Source: a virus (Duplodnaviria; Caudoviricetes). From it: a stretch of DNA of 53,910 nucleotides. Made by a program: the position numbers and the translations under genes. Below are positions 25,256-35,676 of the stretch, one piece after another. The number at the start of each line of letters is the position of its first letter. The first letter of the stretch is position 1. Below the pieces are notes generated by a model. It saw nothing but the letters and a program-made list of their open reading frames with translations, ran no database searches and had not been told where the DNA came from. Where the stretch lies: IMG/VR virus record IMGVR_UViG_3300006790_000002, positions 1 to 53,910 of that record, one strand, 5' to 3'.

Positions 25256-28072
25256 TTATGGTCGACCCGGAATACTCTGTAGAACTCCCTGGATGTTTCT
25301 GAGAGCCGCCAACCCTTCTGAGTCGTCTTTCTTTTTCTGAGTCTGCGGTCCCGTGCTGACTGCTGCTTGTCCAGCACCAGGAACGGCGGCAGCGTTTGCA
25401 CTCATATTCAGGGCTGCTTTCTCTTCTGAGGTAAGAGGTCTCGGAGTCATCTTTGCGGCAACCGCTTCTTGGGCGGCTTGGTCTAAGCTCGCAGCGCTCG
25501 CAGCATCTGCCCTCTCGCGGGCTGCTTTACGAGTTTTGCCTGTCACGTCTTCACGAGCTTCTCGATTCTCGGCTGAAGAGGGTGCTTGCTTAGAAGTCCC
25601 TGGCTCTGGACCAGCACCTGCGGGCTCAGACTGTTGAAGCTCATCTGGCTGCTCAGAGGTTTGAAGCTCTGGCACTTCCGGCGCAGTCTCCTCGGGTTCA
25701 GTCGTAGCGAGTGCTGACTCCAGGGAAATATCGTCGGCTCCACTGGCCCGGATGATTGCTTCGTTTCGAGCTTGTTGGCCAAGCCTTCCAGAAGCGTAGT
25801 CTCTCTGGTACTGCTCTTCTTCTGCGGCAACGTCTGATTCTGGCAGTTCTGGAAGCTCTGGGACATCCGGAGAAGTCTCAGGCTCAGGAAGCTCGTTTGG
25901 CCGCAGTGATTGCTCTGGAGGAGGCGGCGGAAGTTCGGTCTCCGATTCTCCGGGAGGAGGCTCTTCTATTGGAGGTCCGCCTGCAAAAGAGCCGAGAATG
26001 TCTTTTGGGATTTCCGGTTCTCCAGTAGAAGATCGAACCTCTTCCGGCTCTAAAACCGTTGGCTCCGCAGGAGCACCGGGAGCGGCTGCTGCCGCAGCAC
26101 CTCCAGGAAGAGGAACTCCAGCCATCCCCGCTACCTCCCGGGCCACGCTTCCCAAAACTCCTGGATCAGCATCCTCGTCAGCAGGAGTAGCGCCTCCTGC
26201 CAGTCGGTCTCGTGCTCTTTGTACAAGAGGCCGAGCACGCTCTGGGATCTCTTCTCCGAATGCTTTTTCAAGAATCGAGTAGTAAGCTCCTGGTTGGCTG
26301 TCAGTTACGCGAATCTCGCGACCTCGCCTCATGAAGCGAACTGTCCCATCGGGATCGAGCGTATAGTTATACACGCCGTCAGTTCCAGTTCTTGGCTCGC
26401 CTTCGGCTGGCATTCCTGCTGCTTCTTCTGCACCAGGCGCATCAGGAGCAAAGGGAACAAGTTCTCCTTCTCGTCCTTCTGCTGTTTCGAAGAGTCGTCC
26501 CTCTTGCCCAGGCTGAACGAACAGTCCTGTCTGCCCGATGGGGAGAGTACGGCCCTGGGAATCTGCCATACGCTGCATGGCTCGTACTGTTCCCTCGGAA
26601 GGAAGACCCTCGTCTCCTGGACGGCGACGTACTCCTTCTGGAGCAGCCTCGGGTGCAGCTTCTGGGGCAGCAGCTTCTGGAGCGGGAGCAGCAGCTTCTT
26701 CGGGAGCTTGCCCAGGGATCTCGGGCTCAGGGGGAGCAACAACTCCGGCTTCTACTTCTGCTTCTGTTTCCTGAACACCCTGTTCGATTGCTTCTCGAAT
26801 CTCTTCAGGAGAATCGGGAGCAGGCAGGAAGTTAGGGTTTCCTGCCTCTCGCGCAACTTGTGCGTACTCGTTGGGATTGAAGATACGAGTGATCAGTGCT
26901 TTCAGCCAACGGCCGGGAGACCCTGCTGGCTGGTTGCCATCAATGATGCGGTAGGCATCTCGGATGTCGTCCATCTTACGGAGTTGTCCGACTTCGCCTT
27001 CATAGTTCTGCGTGACTCGTTGGAGAACCTCACGAGGAGGTCCGGTGTATCCGAACTCCTTAGCGGCTTCCATAAACGCTGGACTGGCAAGGATGTCCGC
27101 AACATGCTGCACGTCTGATTTCCAGTAGTCAACGCCCTCGGGGAGCTTGATCATGTCGTTGACGATCTGTCGCATCTGCTTTGCGGCTTCAGTCTCAGGC
27201 AGACCTTCCAGACGCTCAAGACCAACAGCCTGACGGAGCATCGCATCGTCTCCACCGAGGACTGCGCTCTGGATCTTGTTGAGGAAATCCCTCTGTGCTC
27301 CAGTCATTCCTCCGTACTGGGAAAGAAGCTCGTTCGAAGCAGCCCGAACTCGGTTGTTTGCTCGATCAATCTTCTGGAGATTTAGCTGAACATCCGAGTC
27401 TACTTCATCGAAGATTCTTCCAAGCTCACTCCGTCGAGAAGGATCTAATGCGCTTGTTCCCTTAGTGATCAAGAGTTCTCTAAGTTGATTCGCATCGAGT
27501 CCTGCCTCATCTGCCGCGAAAGTAAGAAGTGCGGCTCGTTCTGCATTAGTAGAGGTGTCTGCCATCCCCGCATAAATAGCTTCAGCCAGGGAATCCGGAT
27601 CCGACTGCTGCAAGGAAGCGATCTGACGAATCTCTGATTGAATATCCGGAAACTTAGAAAGAGGTTCTTCGTAGATCTCGTCTTGCGCTGTAGACCTCTC
27701 CACCAAGGCATCATCAAGAACATCACCAAGCTCGGTGACTTTGGCCCGGTTGACTCCTGATCGGCCTGAGATGTCTCCTTTGTACAGCCCGAAGATGGCC
27801 TCAATGATCGGAGACATCTTGGGAGTAGAGGCTGTGGCAAGATCATCGGCTGCGTCATTGATCGACTGAAGGTACTTGAGTGCTGCTTCCTGACGATCTC
27901 GAAGATCCGGTGCTGTCTCCAAAGTCAATCCTCGGGCTCCTACACGAAGAGCCCGCTGGTAGTTTCGGTACTGCTCCTGGTCCTGTGCGCGGTCTTCCAG
28001 CATCTTAGCGAGTTCTGGATTGTCTTCTACGATCCGGTACAGGAGAGCCAGATTCCTATCGTTTTCAGCCAT
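25256..28072 (-). CDS. Internal virion (ejection) protein, 938 aa
   Basis: Helical N-terminal half, long acidic Pro/Glu/Ala disordered C-terminal half; position in the ejection cluster. Confidence 0.65.
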   Translation of the reverse strand: MAENDRNLALLYRIVEDNPELAKMLEDRAQDQEQYRNYQRALRVGARGLTLETAPDLRDRQEAALKYLQSINDAADDLATASTPKMSPIIEAIFGLYKGDISGRSGVNRAKVTELGDVLDDALVERSTAQDEIYEEPLSKFPDIQSEIRQIASLQQSDPDSLAEAIYAGMADTSTNAERAALLTFAADEAGLDANQLRELLITKGTSALDPSRRSELGRIFDEVDSDVQLNLQKIDRANNRVRAASNELLSQYGGMTGAQRDFLNKIQSAVLGGDDAMLRQAVGLERLEGLPETEAAKQMRQIVNDMIKLPEGVDYWKSDVQHVADILASPAFMEAAKEFGYTGPPREVLQRVTQNYEGEVGQLRKMDDIRDAYRIIDGNQPAGSPGRWLKALITRIFNPNEYAQVAREAGNPNFLPAPDSPEEIREAIEQGVQETEAEVEAGVVAPPEPEIPGQAPEEAAAPAPEAAAPEAAPEAAPEGVRRRPGDEGLPSEGTVRAMQRMADSQGRTLPIGQTGLFVQPGQEGRLFETAEGREGELVPFAPDAPGAEEAAGMPAEGEPRTGTDGVYNYTLDPDGTVRFMRRGREIRVTDSQPGAYYSILEKAFGEEIPERARPLVQRARDRLAGGATPADEDADPGVLGSVAREVAGMAGVPLPGGAAAAAAPGAPAEPTVLEPEEVRSSTGEPEIPKDILGSFAGGPPIEEPPPGESETELPPPPPEQSLRPNELPEPETSPDVPELPELPESDVAAEEEQYQRDYASGRLGQQARNEAIIRASGADDISLESALATTEPEETAPEVPELQTSEQPDELQQSEPAGAGPEPGTSKQAPSSAENREAREDVTGKTRKAARERADAASAASLDQAAQEAVAAKMTPRPLTSEEKAALNMSANAAAVPGAGQAAVSTGPQTQKKKDDSEGLAALRNIQGVLQSIPGRP

Positions 28073-28080
28073 GATATTTC

Positions 28081-28842
28081 CTACAGCAGATGAGATTGTG
28101 CTTCGAGGAGAGCAGGATTTTCCTGTCCCATCTTTCTACCTCGCCAAGCAAAGTAGCGGAAGAGAGGACGGAGGGGAACCTTTGCCCAGGGGTTGTGGCA
28201 GAGCCACACTGAGATCCCGGGTCCGTTCTTGATGTAGAACGATCGGAACCACTTCGGAGCACCGAACAGGATGTAAGTTCGACAGTCTCTCCACTGCCCG
28301 GGGAGGACTTCACGAGCAACCCAGCACATCATTATCATCATTTGAGCGATGCCTGCTGCTGCTTCTGCTCCTCCTCCTGAACCCTGCTGGCCTGCGACGG
28401 CTCCTTCGAGAGCCTTTCCGCCTCCGGAAGTAAGCTTGCTGATCGTTTCGATAGCCTCATCTCGCTGCTTGTTCAGAGCGTCCATCGTCTCTTGACGACG
28501 TTGTTCTGCCATCTGCGCTGCTTGAGCGTTGATTGCAACCTGGGCCTGAGTCCCGGCTTCTGCCGCTCCTTGTGCTGCGCCCATGAGAGCTTTAGCAGCC
28601 TGGCCTCCCATCATGCCTCCGGCTCCGCCGAAAGCCATCTCTGCTACATCGCCTACAGCAGCGGCTGCTTGCTGTTGAGCAGCATCCGTAGCACCTCGCA
28701 TGGCCTGCTGCTTCTGGGCTTGAGTGGGACCGAGAGTTCCTTCTTTGAGAGCTTCTGTTTGCTTTCGGAGTTGCCGGTTGGCTTCGACCATGGATTTGAA
28801 GCCAGATCCGACGTAATCAGTAACCTTTTTATCTTCTGCCAT
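28081..28842 (-). CDS. Small ejection-type protein with C-terminal CWVARE (CFI-box-CTERM-like) domain
   Basis: Ala/Gln/Gly-rich helical body; C-terminal CWVAREV...W...R......AP.WF..FY...G..I..W. Confidence 0.6.
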   Translation of the reverse strand: MAEDKKVTDYVGSGFKSMVEANRQLRKQTEALKEGTLGPTQAQKQQAMRGATDAAQQQAAAAVGDVAEMAFGGAGGMMGGQAAKALMGAAQGAAEAGTQAQVAINAQAAQMAEQRRQETMDALNKQRDEAIETISKLTSGGGKALEGAVAGQQGSGGGAEAAAGIAQMMIMMCWVAREVLPGQWRDCRTYILFGAPKWFRSFYIKNGPGISVWLCHNPWAKVPLRPLFRYFAWRGRKMGQENPALLEAQSHLL

Positions 28843-28851
28843 GAGAAACTC

Positions 28852-29586
28852 CTATCTAAACACTACATAGTTCATATTACGAACTCGAACACGGCAGTGC
28901 GTGTTTGAACTCTCATCTGGGAAGTAATCTGGTCCACCTCCCGTTCCGTTGTAGCCGGGATCGACTGCGATCCGGAGGCTGGCAGTGTTCCAGCCTTCGG
29001 TCAGACCGGTTGCCAAGTGGTGTCCTGCCCAGTGGCGATCATAAGTGCCAGTGGTGTCAGAGGCATTGAAGAACTTCGTGGGCACTGTAAGGATTCGATT
29101 GGCGATTCTTCCGTCGTTGAGAAAAAACCGCAGTCTTGCGGGCAAGTAATTTGCCGGGTGAGAGGCATGATCGTCTAAGTCAAACTGCTGGGCAGAAACG
29201 AAAACTTGCCAAGAGAACATTACGAAAGACGGATCGAACGGCAGATAGAAAGAAACAGAAGCTCCAGGAATCACCTGGTACAGCGGATTCATCCGACGCT
29301 TCTGTGCAATCGTTCCACTATCTTCTGCGATATTCCAAGCAGGGAACAACTCGCCAAAGTAGTCGAGACTCAGCGTTCCGCCTTCTGTCTTTCCTCGGGA
29401 CAGGGCACCGTGCTGAATCTGAGAGCGGTCGATGCTCACAGAGCCCGCCAGATTGGCAACATCCAAATGTCCGTTGATGATCTCGGCAGAAGTAGTGCCC
29501 GTGACAGTCGGACTGTAGAACCGATCTTCTACATCGTCTCCATTGGAAGTTCCGGCCGCGATTGGTGGAATAGCAACGTTTGGCAT
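28852..29586 (-). CDS. Tail protein (paralog 3)
   Basis: Similar size and layout to the two upstream genes. Confidence 0.65.
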   Translation of the reverse strand: MPNVAIPPIAAGTSNGDDVEDRFYSPTVTGTTSAEIINGHLDVANLAGSVSIDRSQIQHGALSRGKTEGGTLSLDYFGELFPAWNIAEDSGTIAQKRRMNPLYQVIPGASVSFYLPFDPSFVMFSWQVFVSAQQFDLDDHASHPANYLPARLRFFLNDGRIANRILTVPTKFFNASDTTGTYDRHWAGHHLATGLTEGWNTASLRIAVDPGYNGTGGGPDYFPDESSNTHCRVRVRNMNYVVFR

Positions 29587-29594
29587 AGATCCTC

Positions 29595-30308
29595 CTATGT
29601 GTGGGTCGATTGTAGAACGATAGCGGTCAAAGTTCGAGAAAGAAGCGTAGCGATTGGATTCTGGGGAGGGGTCACGAGAATGCCCTTGTGAACGGCGACC
29701 TGGACTCGAACCTTGCTAATCGTGTTGCCCGTAAGATCCGCAGCAGTGATGCAGGTTCTGATCGGAACCTTCATGTTGATCTGACGAGAGTTTGCTTCGG
29801 CAGCTCCTCCGGTGATCTGAGCAGAAATGAACCTCTCAGTCCGAGTGATCGTTTCCCAAGATGTTCCGTTATAAGCCTGGATGCGGAAAGCAACTCCATC
29901 GTGATCACTGTAGAGCGTAGTAGTACGTCGGACGTGCTGGACATACAGATCCGCCAAGACAAAGACGGCCTGCGCTTGCCCGGTAGAGAGATTGTAAGTA
30001 GCGCCGAAGTCAACTTCTAAGTCGGTACCTCCTCCGGTTTCTCCATTAGAGTCGACGACTGCCCATCCTCCAGGCCAAGGAGAGTTTACGAAGGTGTACT
30101 GGCCGCCTGCGTCCTGTGCAGTTTGCCCTCGGAACAGCACCAAAGAAGGCAGATGGCTGGAGTTGAATGCTCCTGGAGCGATTGCATCTTCTTCTACATC
30201 ATTGATTGCTGCTTGAAGAGAACCTGTTCCAGTAGAAAAGCGGTTGTTCAGAGAGTCTGTGGTAAACGCTTCTTGCGGGTCAATCGGATCGAAAGAAATC
30301 TCAGCCAT
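29595..30308 (-). CDS. Tail protein (paralog 2)
   Basis: Short helical N-terminus (LNNRF), then beta-sandwich ending RTLTAIVL. Confidence 0.65.
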   Translation of the reverse strand: MAEISFDPIDPQEAFTTDSLNNRFSTGTGSLQAAINDVEEDAIAPGAFNSSHLPSLVLFRGQTAQDAGGQYTFVNSPWPGGWAVVDSNGETGGGTDLEVDFGATYNLSTGQAQAVFVLADLYVQHVRRTTTLYSDHDGVAFRIQAYNGTSWETITRTERFISAQITGGAAEANSRQINMKVPIRTCITAADLTGNTISKVRVQVAVHKGILVTPPQNPIATLLSRTLTAIVLQSTHT

Positions 30309-30309
30309 G

Positions 30310-31017
30310 CTATCTCCTCATCTCCAGGGCCATAAGCTCTCGACAGGATGCGTAGAATCCTCTTGGAGAGATTTCCTGAGTACCTCCAGTCTTATCCACG
30401 ACCACACCTGTGGTGCGAGCCACGATCTCAATCGTGTGCTGCCCGGTAGTTATGGGAAAGACGAGACTGGTAACTACGGGCATCATCGGCTGCCTAAGCC
30501 CAGAGAAGGAGTCGTTATCGACCTCTACTCCTCCGACAATCGACTCGGGCACAACGTAGTTGTCGATGCGAATAGCCACCTGCACGTCTACGAAATAGGA
30601 ACCGGTCCAGATGGTCCCAGTATCGTCGGGTAAACCAGAAGTTCCATCGACTGGACCTTGAATGATCTGACAAGATCCATGAATCCACAAGAGACAGTTC
30701 GGAGAGGTAAACGTCAGGGTGCAGTCATCAAGCGGAGTCCATACTGGTCGAGCAGAAATAAGCTGGTCTTGCGGAGATCCTCCTGTCACAGGCTGAGGCC
30801 AATCTGATCCTCGCTGGACGAATGCTCCTGCTGAGTGCCAGGCATAGGCCGCATCCTTCTCTAAAGAAGTCGTGGCAACGATGGCATTCTCTTTCCAGTT
30901 GTGCTCGTTGAGTTGTCCTCCAAGCTCGTCTGCGAACTCCTTGAAGTTCGCATTTACATCTTCGAGATCAACAACCTGAGTGTTCCTCACTCGGTACTTA
31001 GGATACTTCCAACTCAT
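30310..31017 (-). CDS. Tail protein (paralog 1)
   Basis: VDLEDVNANF N-terminal anchor, GQHTIEI strand, ends RELMALEMRR. Confidence 0.65.
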   Translation of the reverse strand: MSWKYPKYRVRNTQVVDLEDVNANFKEFADELGGQLNEHNWKENAIVATTSLEKDAAYAWHSAGAFVQRGSDWPQPVTGGSPQDQLISARPVWTPLDDCTLTFTSPNCLLWIHGSCQIIQGPVDGTSGLPDDTGTIWTGSYFVDVQVAIRIDNYVVPESIVGGVEVDNDSFSGLRQPMMPVVTSLVFPITTGQHTIEIVARTTGVVVDKTGGTQEISPRGFYASCRELMALEMRR

Positions 31018-33173
31018 TTCGGATAACTCCTGAAGGTATCTGGATGTGGAACCTCGTCGAAGGACATTCCGATAAAGTCCCAGAACCCCGGATTAGCGTC
31101 ATCTCCGAAAAGCTCTTTGCTCAGAGTAATGTTCAGGCGAAACACTTCACAAGAAGGAATCGCAACATCTACCCGAGTCCAGTAAGGGCGGCGCTTTTCC
31201 CAGACCCAAGGGTTTCCTTCTGGATCATTCCCTCCGTAGATTGCACTTCCCCAGAACGGAGGAACATCGTCAGTCGGGTGGAGAGGTGCGGTCTCCGTGT
31301 AGATAACTTTCGACTTCCAGTCTCGTTGGATTTCGATGTTTATGGTGCCCGAGGACATTTCCCGGAACCAGAAGTAGATCGTAGTAGGACTTCCGCGCTT
31401 TCCTGCAAAGCCTGAACGGAGCCAACAAGTCTGGATCCTTGCTGCCCGGGGAGTTGGATTCCAGGACTGGACTTCATGGTCTAAGAGCCAAACACCTTGA
31501 AGATCGTTTAGATTTCCGACAACTCGCGAGGTTCCTGCTGTGAGCATGTAGGTTCGGTGATCTTGAGTTACGCACACATCTGCTGCTTTGACCTCAGTCC
31601 TTCGAGCCCAACCTTGGCCGTCGAACTCCCAGCAAACATTGTTCTGGAGAGATCCTTCCATCGGAACCCAGCAACGATACCTCTTCTCTCGGACATCAAC
31701 CGCAGCCGCAGATTGGAGAGCACGGGACCGGGTGATCTTACGAAGCTCGGCGGATATTGGACGAGAAACAAGCTGGACCGTAAGACCGTCTCCCGATCCC
31801 GTACAACTGTAAAAGCCTTCTCGTCCAAGCCAGATGGCCTGTCCATTGGGCAGAGTCTTGATCGAAGAAGGGGCAACGCATCCGATCGTAGGATGCAGAG
31901 TCTTCGTCTGGAAGCCTTCTCCTCCGAAAGAGATCACGATCAAGAAGGTGGTGTTCTCCGTAAAAACAAGCAGACCGTCCTGGATCTGGCACATGCCAGT
32001 GATCTCGGCTCCCCGAGGATCTGGATAGATCTCTTCGTTTTCGAGGAATGTTCCCCACCTACCGGGCAATGACGGGTGCAGCTTGCCCGGCTCGTCTTCA
32101 AAGTTAGCTGCCCAGCCGCGACCGAAAGCAAGCGTGTAGAGCTTGAATGGAGTCACTGCGACTGGATTCTTGGGCTCTGACAGCAGCAGAGAATCTGGAA
32201 TGTTGTCGGGGAATCCCGTTCCGATGTTATCTGGCATCGTAGAAGCAGACAGGAAACCGCCCGAGAAGTAGTTCCTCATCTCAAACAGATCGAGAGTTCC
32301 TGAGTTCAGGACATCGCGAGTTCTCGATAAGATACGACCAACAGTTCCTTGAGGTCCAGTATCAATGCCTGTCCAGAAGAGAACTTTGAGTTCCTCATCA
32401 GGCGTGTCCGAAGATTGGCTGCCTGGGATAACGACTGTAGAGCTTCTGCCCGAAAGGGGAGAAAGGTTGCCCCAGAGATCGATCCACTGAACAGCGCACT
32501 GGTAGCCTGCCTCTGCGGTACGAGCCAAGTTGGTTGTAGATACCGAATCCAGGGCCAAGCTTCCGACTCGTCCGTTTCCTGCCCAGGTGGGTAGATTTCC
32601 TCCATCGTGGTCATAGAAAAGAGTGCCTGAAGAGTCAGGACCCATGCCCGAGGGGGAGTCTGGAGCCGTGGCATAGCCCAGAGGTAGGACAGTGTCGCCA
32701 TCGTAGAAGAACGCTCGGGAAGACTCTCCTGCCGGAATGATCACGATTCCGTTTGGAGTCGACTCGAACTGGCAGGGAAAGCGAGGCTTGGAGTCAAAGC
32801 CGATGTTTGCCTGAAGGTCTGCTGTAGCTGCGGGGCCAACCAGGATATCCCAGACATCGTTTGGAGTGGCAGATCCCGCTTCCCATCCTTCGAAGACCTT
32901 GATCTCATTCGAATCTTGAATGAGAAGAATGTCTTTCTCGCCCTCTGGACCAAGACGAGCATGAAAGATGCCCTTCAGGTTGTTGTAGGTCGGAAAGCCA
33001 TTGCCGTAATCAGGAACGTAAGGCGCAGGCCCCCATACAGATCGAAGTGTTCCTTCTTCTGTGAGGAACATGTTTTCGATCCGAGACCCGACAGTCTCAG
33101 GCAGGATCAGTTGTCCCGCTTCTACCCGAATCGGGAGGACATCAGATTTCTGACGAAACCGAGTATCTGCCAT
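31014..33173 (-). CDS. Tail nozzle / DNA stabilisation protein (P22 gp10 / T7 gp12-like)
   Basis: About 720 aa, beta-propeller-like repeats (ITG...LLVF.E, IGCVAP.SI, AIWLGREGFY); follows the adaptor gene. Confidence 0.75.
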   Translation of the reverse strand: MADTRFRQKSDVLPIRVEAGQLILPETVGSRIENMFLTEEGTLRSVWGPAPYVPDYGNGFPTYNNLKGIFHARLGPEGEKDILLIQDSNEIKVFEGWEAGSATPNDVWDILVGPAATADLQANIGFDSKPRFPCQFESTPNGIVIIPAGESSRAFFYDGDTVLPLGYATAPDSPSGMGPDSSGTLFYDHDGGNLPTWAGNGRVGSLALDSVSTTNLARTAEAGYQCAVQWIDLWGNLSPLSGRSSTVVIPGSQSSDTPDEELKVLFWTGIDTGPQGTVGRILSRTRDVLNSGTLDLFEMRNYFSGGFLSASTMPDNIGTGFPDNIPDSLLLSEPKNPVAVTPFKLYTLAFGRGWAANFEDEPGKLHPSLPGRWGTFLENEEIYPDPRGAEITGMCQIQDGLLVFTENTTFLIVISFGGEGFQTKTLHPTIGCVAPSSIKTLPNGQAIWLGREGFYSCTGSGDGLTVQLVSRPISAELRKITRSRALQSAAAVDVREKRYRCWVPMEGSLQNNVCWEFDGQGWARRTEVKAADVCVTQDHRTYMLTAGTSRVVGNLNDLQGVWLLDHEVQSWNPTPRAARIQTCWLRSGFAGKRGSPTTIYFWFREMSSGTINIEIQRDWKSKVIYTETAPLHPTDDVPPFWGSAIYGGNDPEGNPWVWEKRRPYWTRVDVAIPSCEVFRLNITLSKELFGDDANPGFWDFIGMSFDEVPHPDTFRSYPK

Positions 33174-33189
33174 GAACTCTCCCTATGGA

Positions 33190-33492
33190 CTATTTGGCCT
33201 CAGCGACCTTTGATGCCCGGGAGTTCTTCTTCACAGGTTTCTTTGTTTCGACTTTGGGCTCATGGCTTCCGTCGGGAGCCCACACGAGCTTCCAAGACAT
33301 CATCTCTTCTGACGCCTCGTCGAATCGCTCAAAGGTTAGGCCATAACGACGGAAGAGGCCTTTGACCTTTCCAGCCTCTGTGATCCGAGCCAGGCAAACA
33401 ACCTGCTCGACTTCTCCTGCTCGTGGGCGTTCATAAACTGCTCCCGTGATGATTCGCACGGGAGTAAGGACTGTATCGTCTGTTTTTGCCAT
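33190..33492 (-). CDS. Hypothetical protein
   Basis: AAGGAG SD before ATG 33492; basic C-terminal tail. Confidence 0.65.
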   Translation of the reverse strand: MAKTDDTVLTPVRIITGAVYERPRAGEVEQVVCLARITEAGKVKGLFRRYGLTFERFDEASEEMMSWKLVWAPDGSHEPKVETKKPVKKNSRASKVAEAK

Positions 33493-33506
33493 CTGTTGGG
33501 CTCCTT

Positions 33507-35063
33507 TCAGGAAGATGGGAGATTGTACCATCGACGCCAAGCGCGTCTCGTATCAATAATACGACCGGAACGTGCTGGCCTCTTCATTAGAGTTTCTCCA
33601 GGATAACGCAAGTCTCCGTACCGTTTGGTAAGGGTAAACAGCGCTTCTCGAAATCTTCCAATGGCTCGGTCAGCAAGTTCGATGTTTCCTTGTGCTTCGT
33701 ACAAGAAGCCAAGTGCCCGGTAGAGAAGAACGTCCATTCCGTCGTGATGAATCTCTGGAACGTCCTGGTCATCCTTCAGCATTTCGGGTCTAAGCAGGCA
33801 GCGAACGTCTACCTGGTATCGCTCGTTGGGACGAGGGTACATGCGGATGGATTGGTAGCCGTGGACTTCTCGCAGGCGACGATGGTAGTCCGGGAGGATC
33901 TGCCCGTTGTCGATCAGAGTGGTGGTGAACCCATCAATCTCTGCGATGAGAATGAACGCATCGGGAGTTTCCTGCTCGACGGCTCCAGGGAACTGGTTTG
34001 GAAGAGCACCATAAGCAGCAGCGTCGACGGTAACTCGACGACGGTAGATTCGTTTGCGCCATCCTGCCCGGTGGTATCGGCGATCTCCGGACCTTCCGAA
34101 TCCCTGCATGTAGTGGATGTCGGGAGTCGTCAGTTGGATTGCGGCTCCTGCATCAGCATTTGTCGTAGTGATCGAAACGATTGGGCTTGGAGCAGACTCC
34201 CACAAGGGCTCAAGGCGAGAAGGAGCCGTCTGGGCAGCGGAATATGGCTGTGCGGGTCCGAAGTTTCGGAAGTCACCATCACGGTGTCCCCAAGCGTAGG
34301 TAAAGCAATACTCAAACTGTCCTGCAGGATCGGGTCCCTGCCAAGCGCCTGCACCTCCGGCAACGAGAGTCGCCACTGGAGCAGAAGTCGGACTTTCGAT
34401 CTGTCGATGGTATCGACGGAAGGCAACGCGAGGCAAACCTCCGACTGTCGTCTGAGGAGAATCTGCCAAGGAGAGATACTCGGCTTCCATCTGCCCGACA
34501 ATGTCGAGAGGCCAGTTCTGGTTCTGTTTGAACAGGCGGATCGAGTTGACCTGAATCACGTTGTCTGGAAGATAGTAGTCCTCGAAGTAGATTCTCCACC
34601 CCATCAAAGTGTCGGTGAAGTTGTTCCAAGGTTGAAAGAGTGAGATGTACTGAACGTTCGTATCGGTCCAGATGTCTCGAATCATTCTACGATGCTGCGT
34701 CCCACTGGGATCCGTGATGAGGATCATCCGACCGTTCCATCGTCCAGTCGTGTCCCAGGGGATCAAGCCGCCCGTAGTTGTAGGAAGATCTCGCTTGAGA
34801 ACCCAAGCGTCGGTCGATACCACGGAAACAGTGTCTGCGGGAGATGCTGGATTGAGATCTCGAATCGCTGTGGTATCTGGGGTGTCGTCTTCGATTGTTG
34901 CGAAGCCAACTCGTTTTTCAAAAAACAAGAATGGGGCCTCTTGCACTAACTGGAAGTAGGCCCGGTTGATGAACTCGTTAGCACGAGTCTTGGCGTCTTC
35001 TGACTGCTTGGGAGCCCAATCAGCCTGGGAAAACATTGCTGATCTAATCTCTCCAAGATTCAT
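33507..35063 (-). CDS. Head-tail adaptor (T7 gp11 / P22 gp4-like) with inserted domains
   Basis: MNLGEIR...EFINRAY N-terminal helices and MYPRP...DDQDVPEI..DG.DVLLYRAL C-terminal helices typical of podoviral adaptors. Confidence 0.7.
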   Translation of the reverse strand: MNLGEIRSAMFSQADWAPKQSEDAKTRANEFINRAYFQLVQEAPFLFFEKRVGFATIEDDTPDTTAIRDLNPASPADTVSVVSTDAWVLKRDLPTTTGGLIPWDTTGRWNGRMILITDPSGTQHRRMIRDIWTDTNVQYISLFQPWNNFTDTLMGWRIYFEDYYLPDNVIQVNSIRLFKQNQNWPLDIVGQMEAEYLSLADSPQTTVGGLPRVAFRRYHRQIESPTSAPVATLVAGGAGAWQGPDPAGQFEYCFTYAWGHRDGDFRNFGPAQPYSAAQTAPSRLEPLWESAPSPIVSITTTNADAGAAIQLTTPDIHYMQGFGRSGDRRYHRAGWRKRIYRRRVTVDAAAYGALPNQFPGAVEQETPDAFILIAEIDGFTTTLIDNGQILPDYHRRLREVHGYQSIRMYPRPNERYQVDVRCLLRPEMLKDDQDVPEIHHDGMDVLLYRALGFLYEAQGNIELADRAIGRFREALFTLTKRYGDLRYPGETLMKRPARSGRIIDTRRAWRRWYNLPSS

Positions 35064-35083
35064 GACGCACTCCTATTAGGGTA

Positions 35084-35108
35084 GGCACCCCCCCGAAGAG
35101 GGGTGCCA
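35084..35108 (-). terminator. GC-rich hairpin after the capsid genes (attenuator or stabiliser)
   Basis: GGCACCCC...GGGGTGCC stem; no clear U-tract. Confidence 0.45.
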
Positions 35109-35134
35109 CCTAAGTTTACTACAGTTCGGTTGGA

Positions 35135-35650
35135 TTAGCCGACGCAGTTGATGAAGCACTGCACCTCGTCGGTAGCCGCTCCGTTCGCGGAGGCCCAGCC
35201 GAATCCGCTCTCAACAGAGGTAGCTGCACCTGCGGTGTAGCGCATTGCGGTTCCAGCATCGGTCGAATCAACAACGATAACCTCGTTGACATCGATTGTT
35301 CCAGTGCCCGCGATGACTCCGCAGACTCCCTTTTTCAGGATGAAGCCGTAGCCATTGTCACCGATAGGGGTGACACAAACTCCAACGACACCATTCACAC
35401 CCGTAGTAGTGGGTGCTGGGATAACATCGGCATACGTCAGGGCAGCAGTTCCCGCACCGCGAGCAACAACCATGCCCGCAGTCAGGGCACCGTTTGCCTT
35501 GACGTAAATCCAAGTTTGCTCACCTGCATTCGCAGTTGGCACTACCAACTCGAACCCCAAAGGAGCCAGTTGAGAAGCGTCATCTGCACCAGCAGAACTC
35601 TCATTCGTAACAGTGGTTGGTGAAATACCAGCCGCAGTTGTAATAGCCAT
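35135..35650 (-). CDS. Capsid decoration/cement protein
   Basis: Immediately after the major capsid gene; APLG...WIYVKA...GVC..I....YGFI..KG pattern. Confidence 0.65.
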   Translation of the reverse strand: MAITTAAGISPTTVTNESSAGADDASQLAPLGFELVVPTANAGEQTWIYVKANGALTAGMVVARGAGTAALTYADVIPAPTTTGVNGVVGVCVTPIGDNGYGFILKKGVCGVIAGTGTIDVNEVIVVDSTDAGTAMRYTAGAATSVESGFGWASANGAATDEVQCFINCVG

Positions 35651-35676
35651 GATAAGTCTCCTTAAGACTATGGGGT

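Noticed and set aside
26630-26710. APEAA-type short repeats in the 938-aa protein
   Set aside because: Ordinary low-complexity linker; not an array or diversity element.
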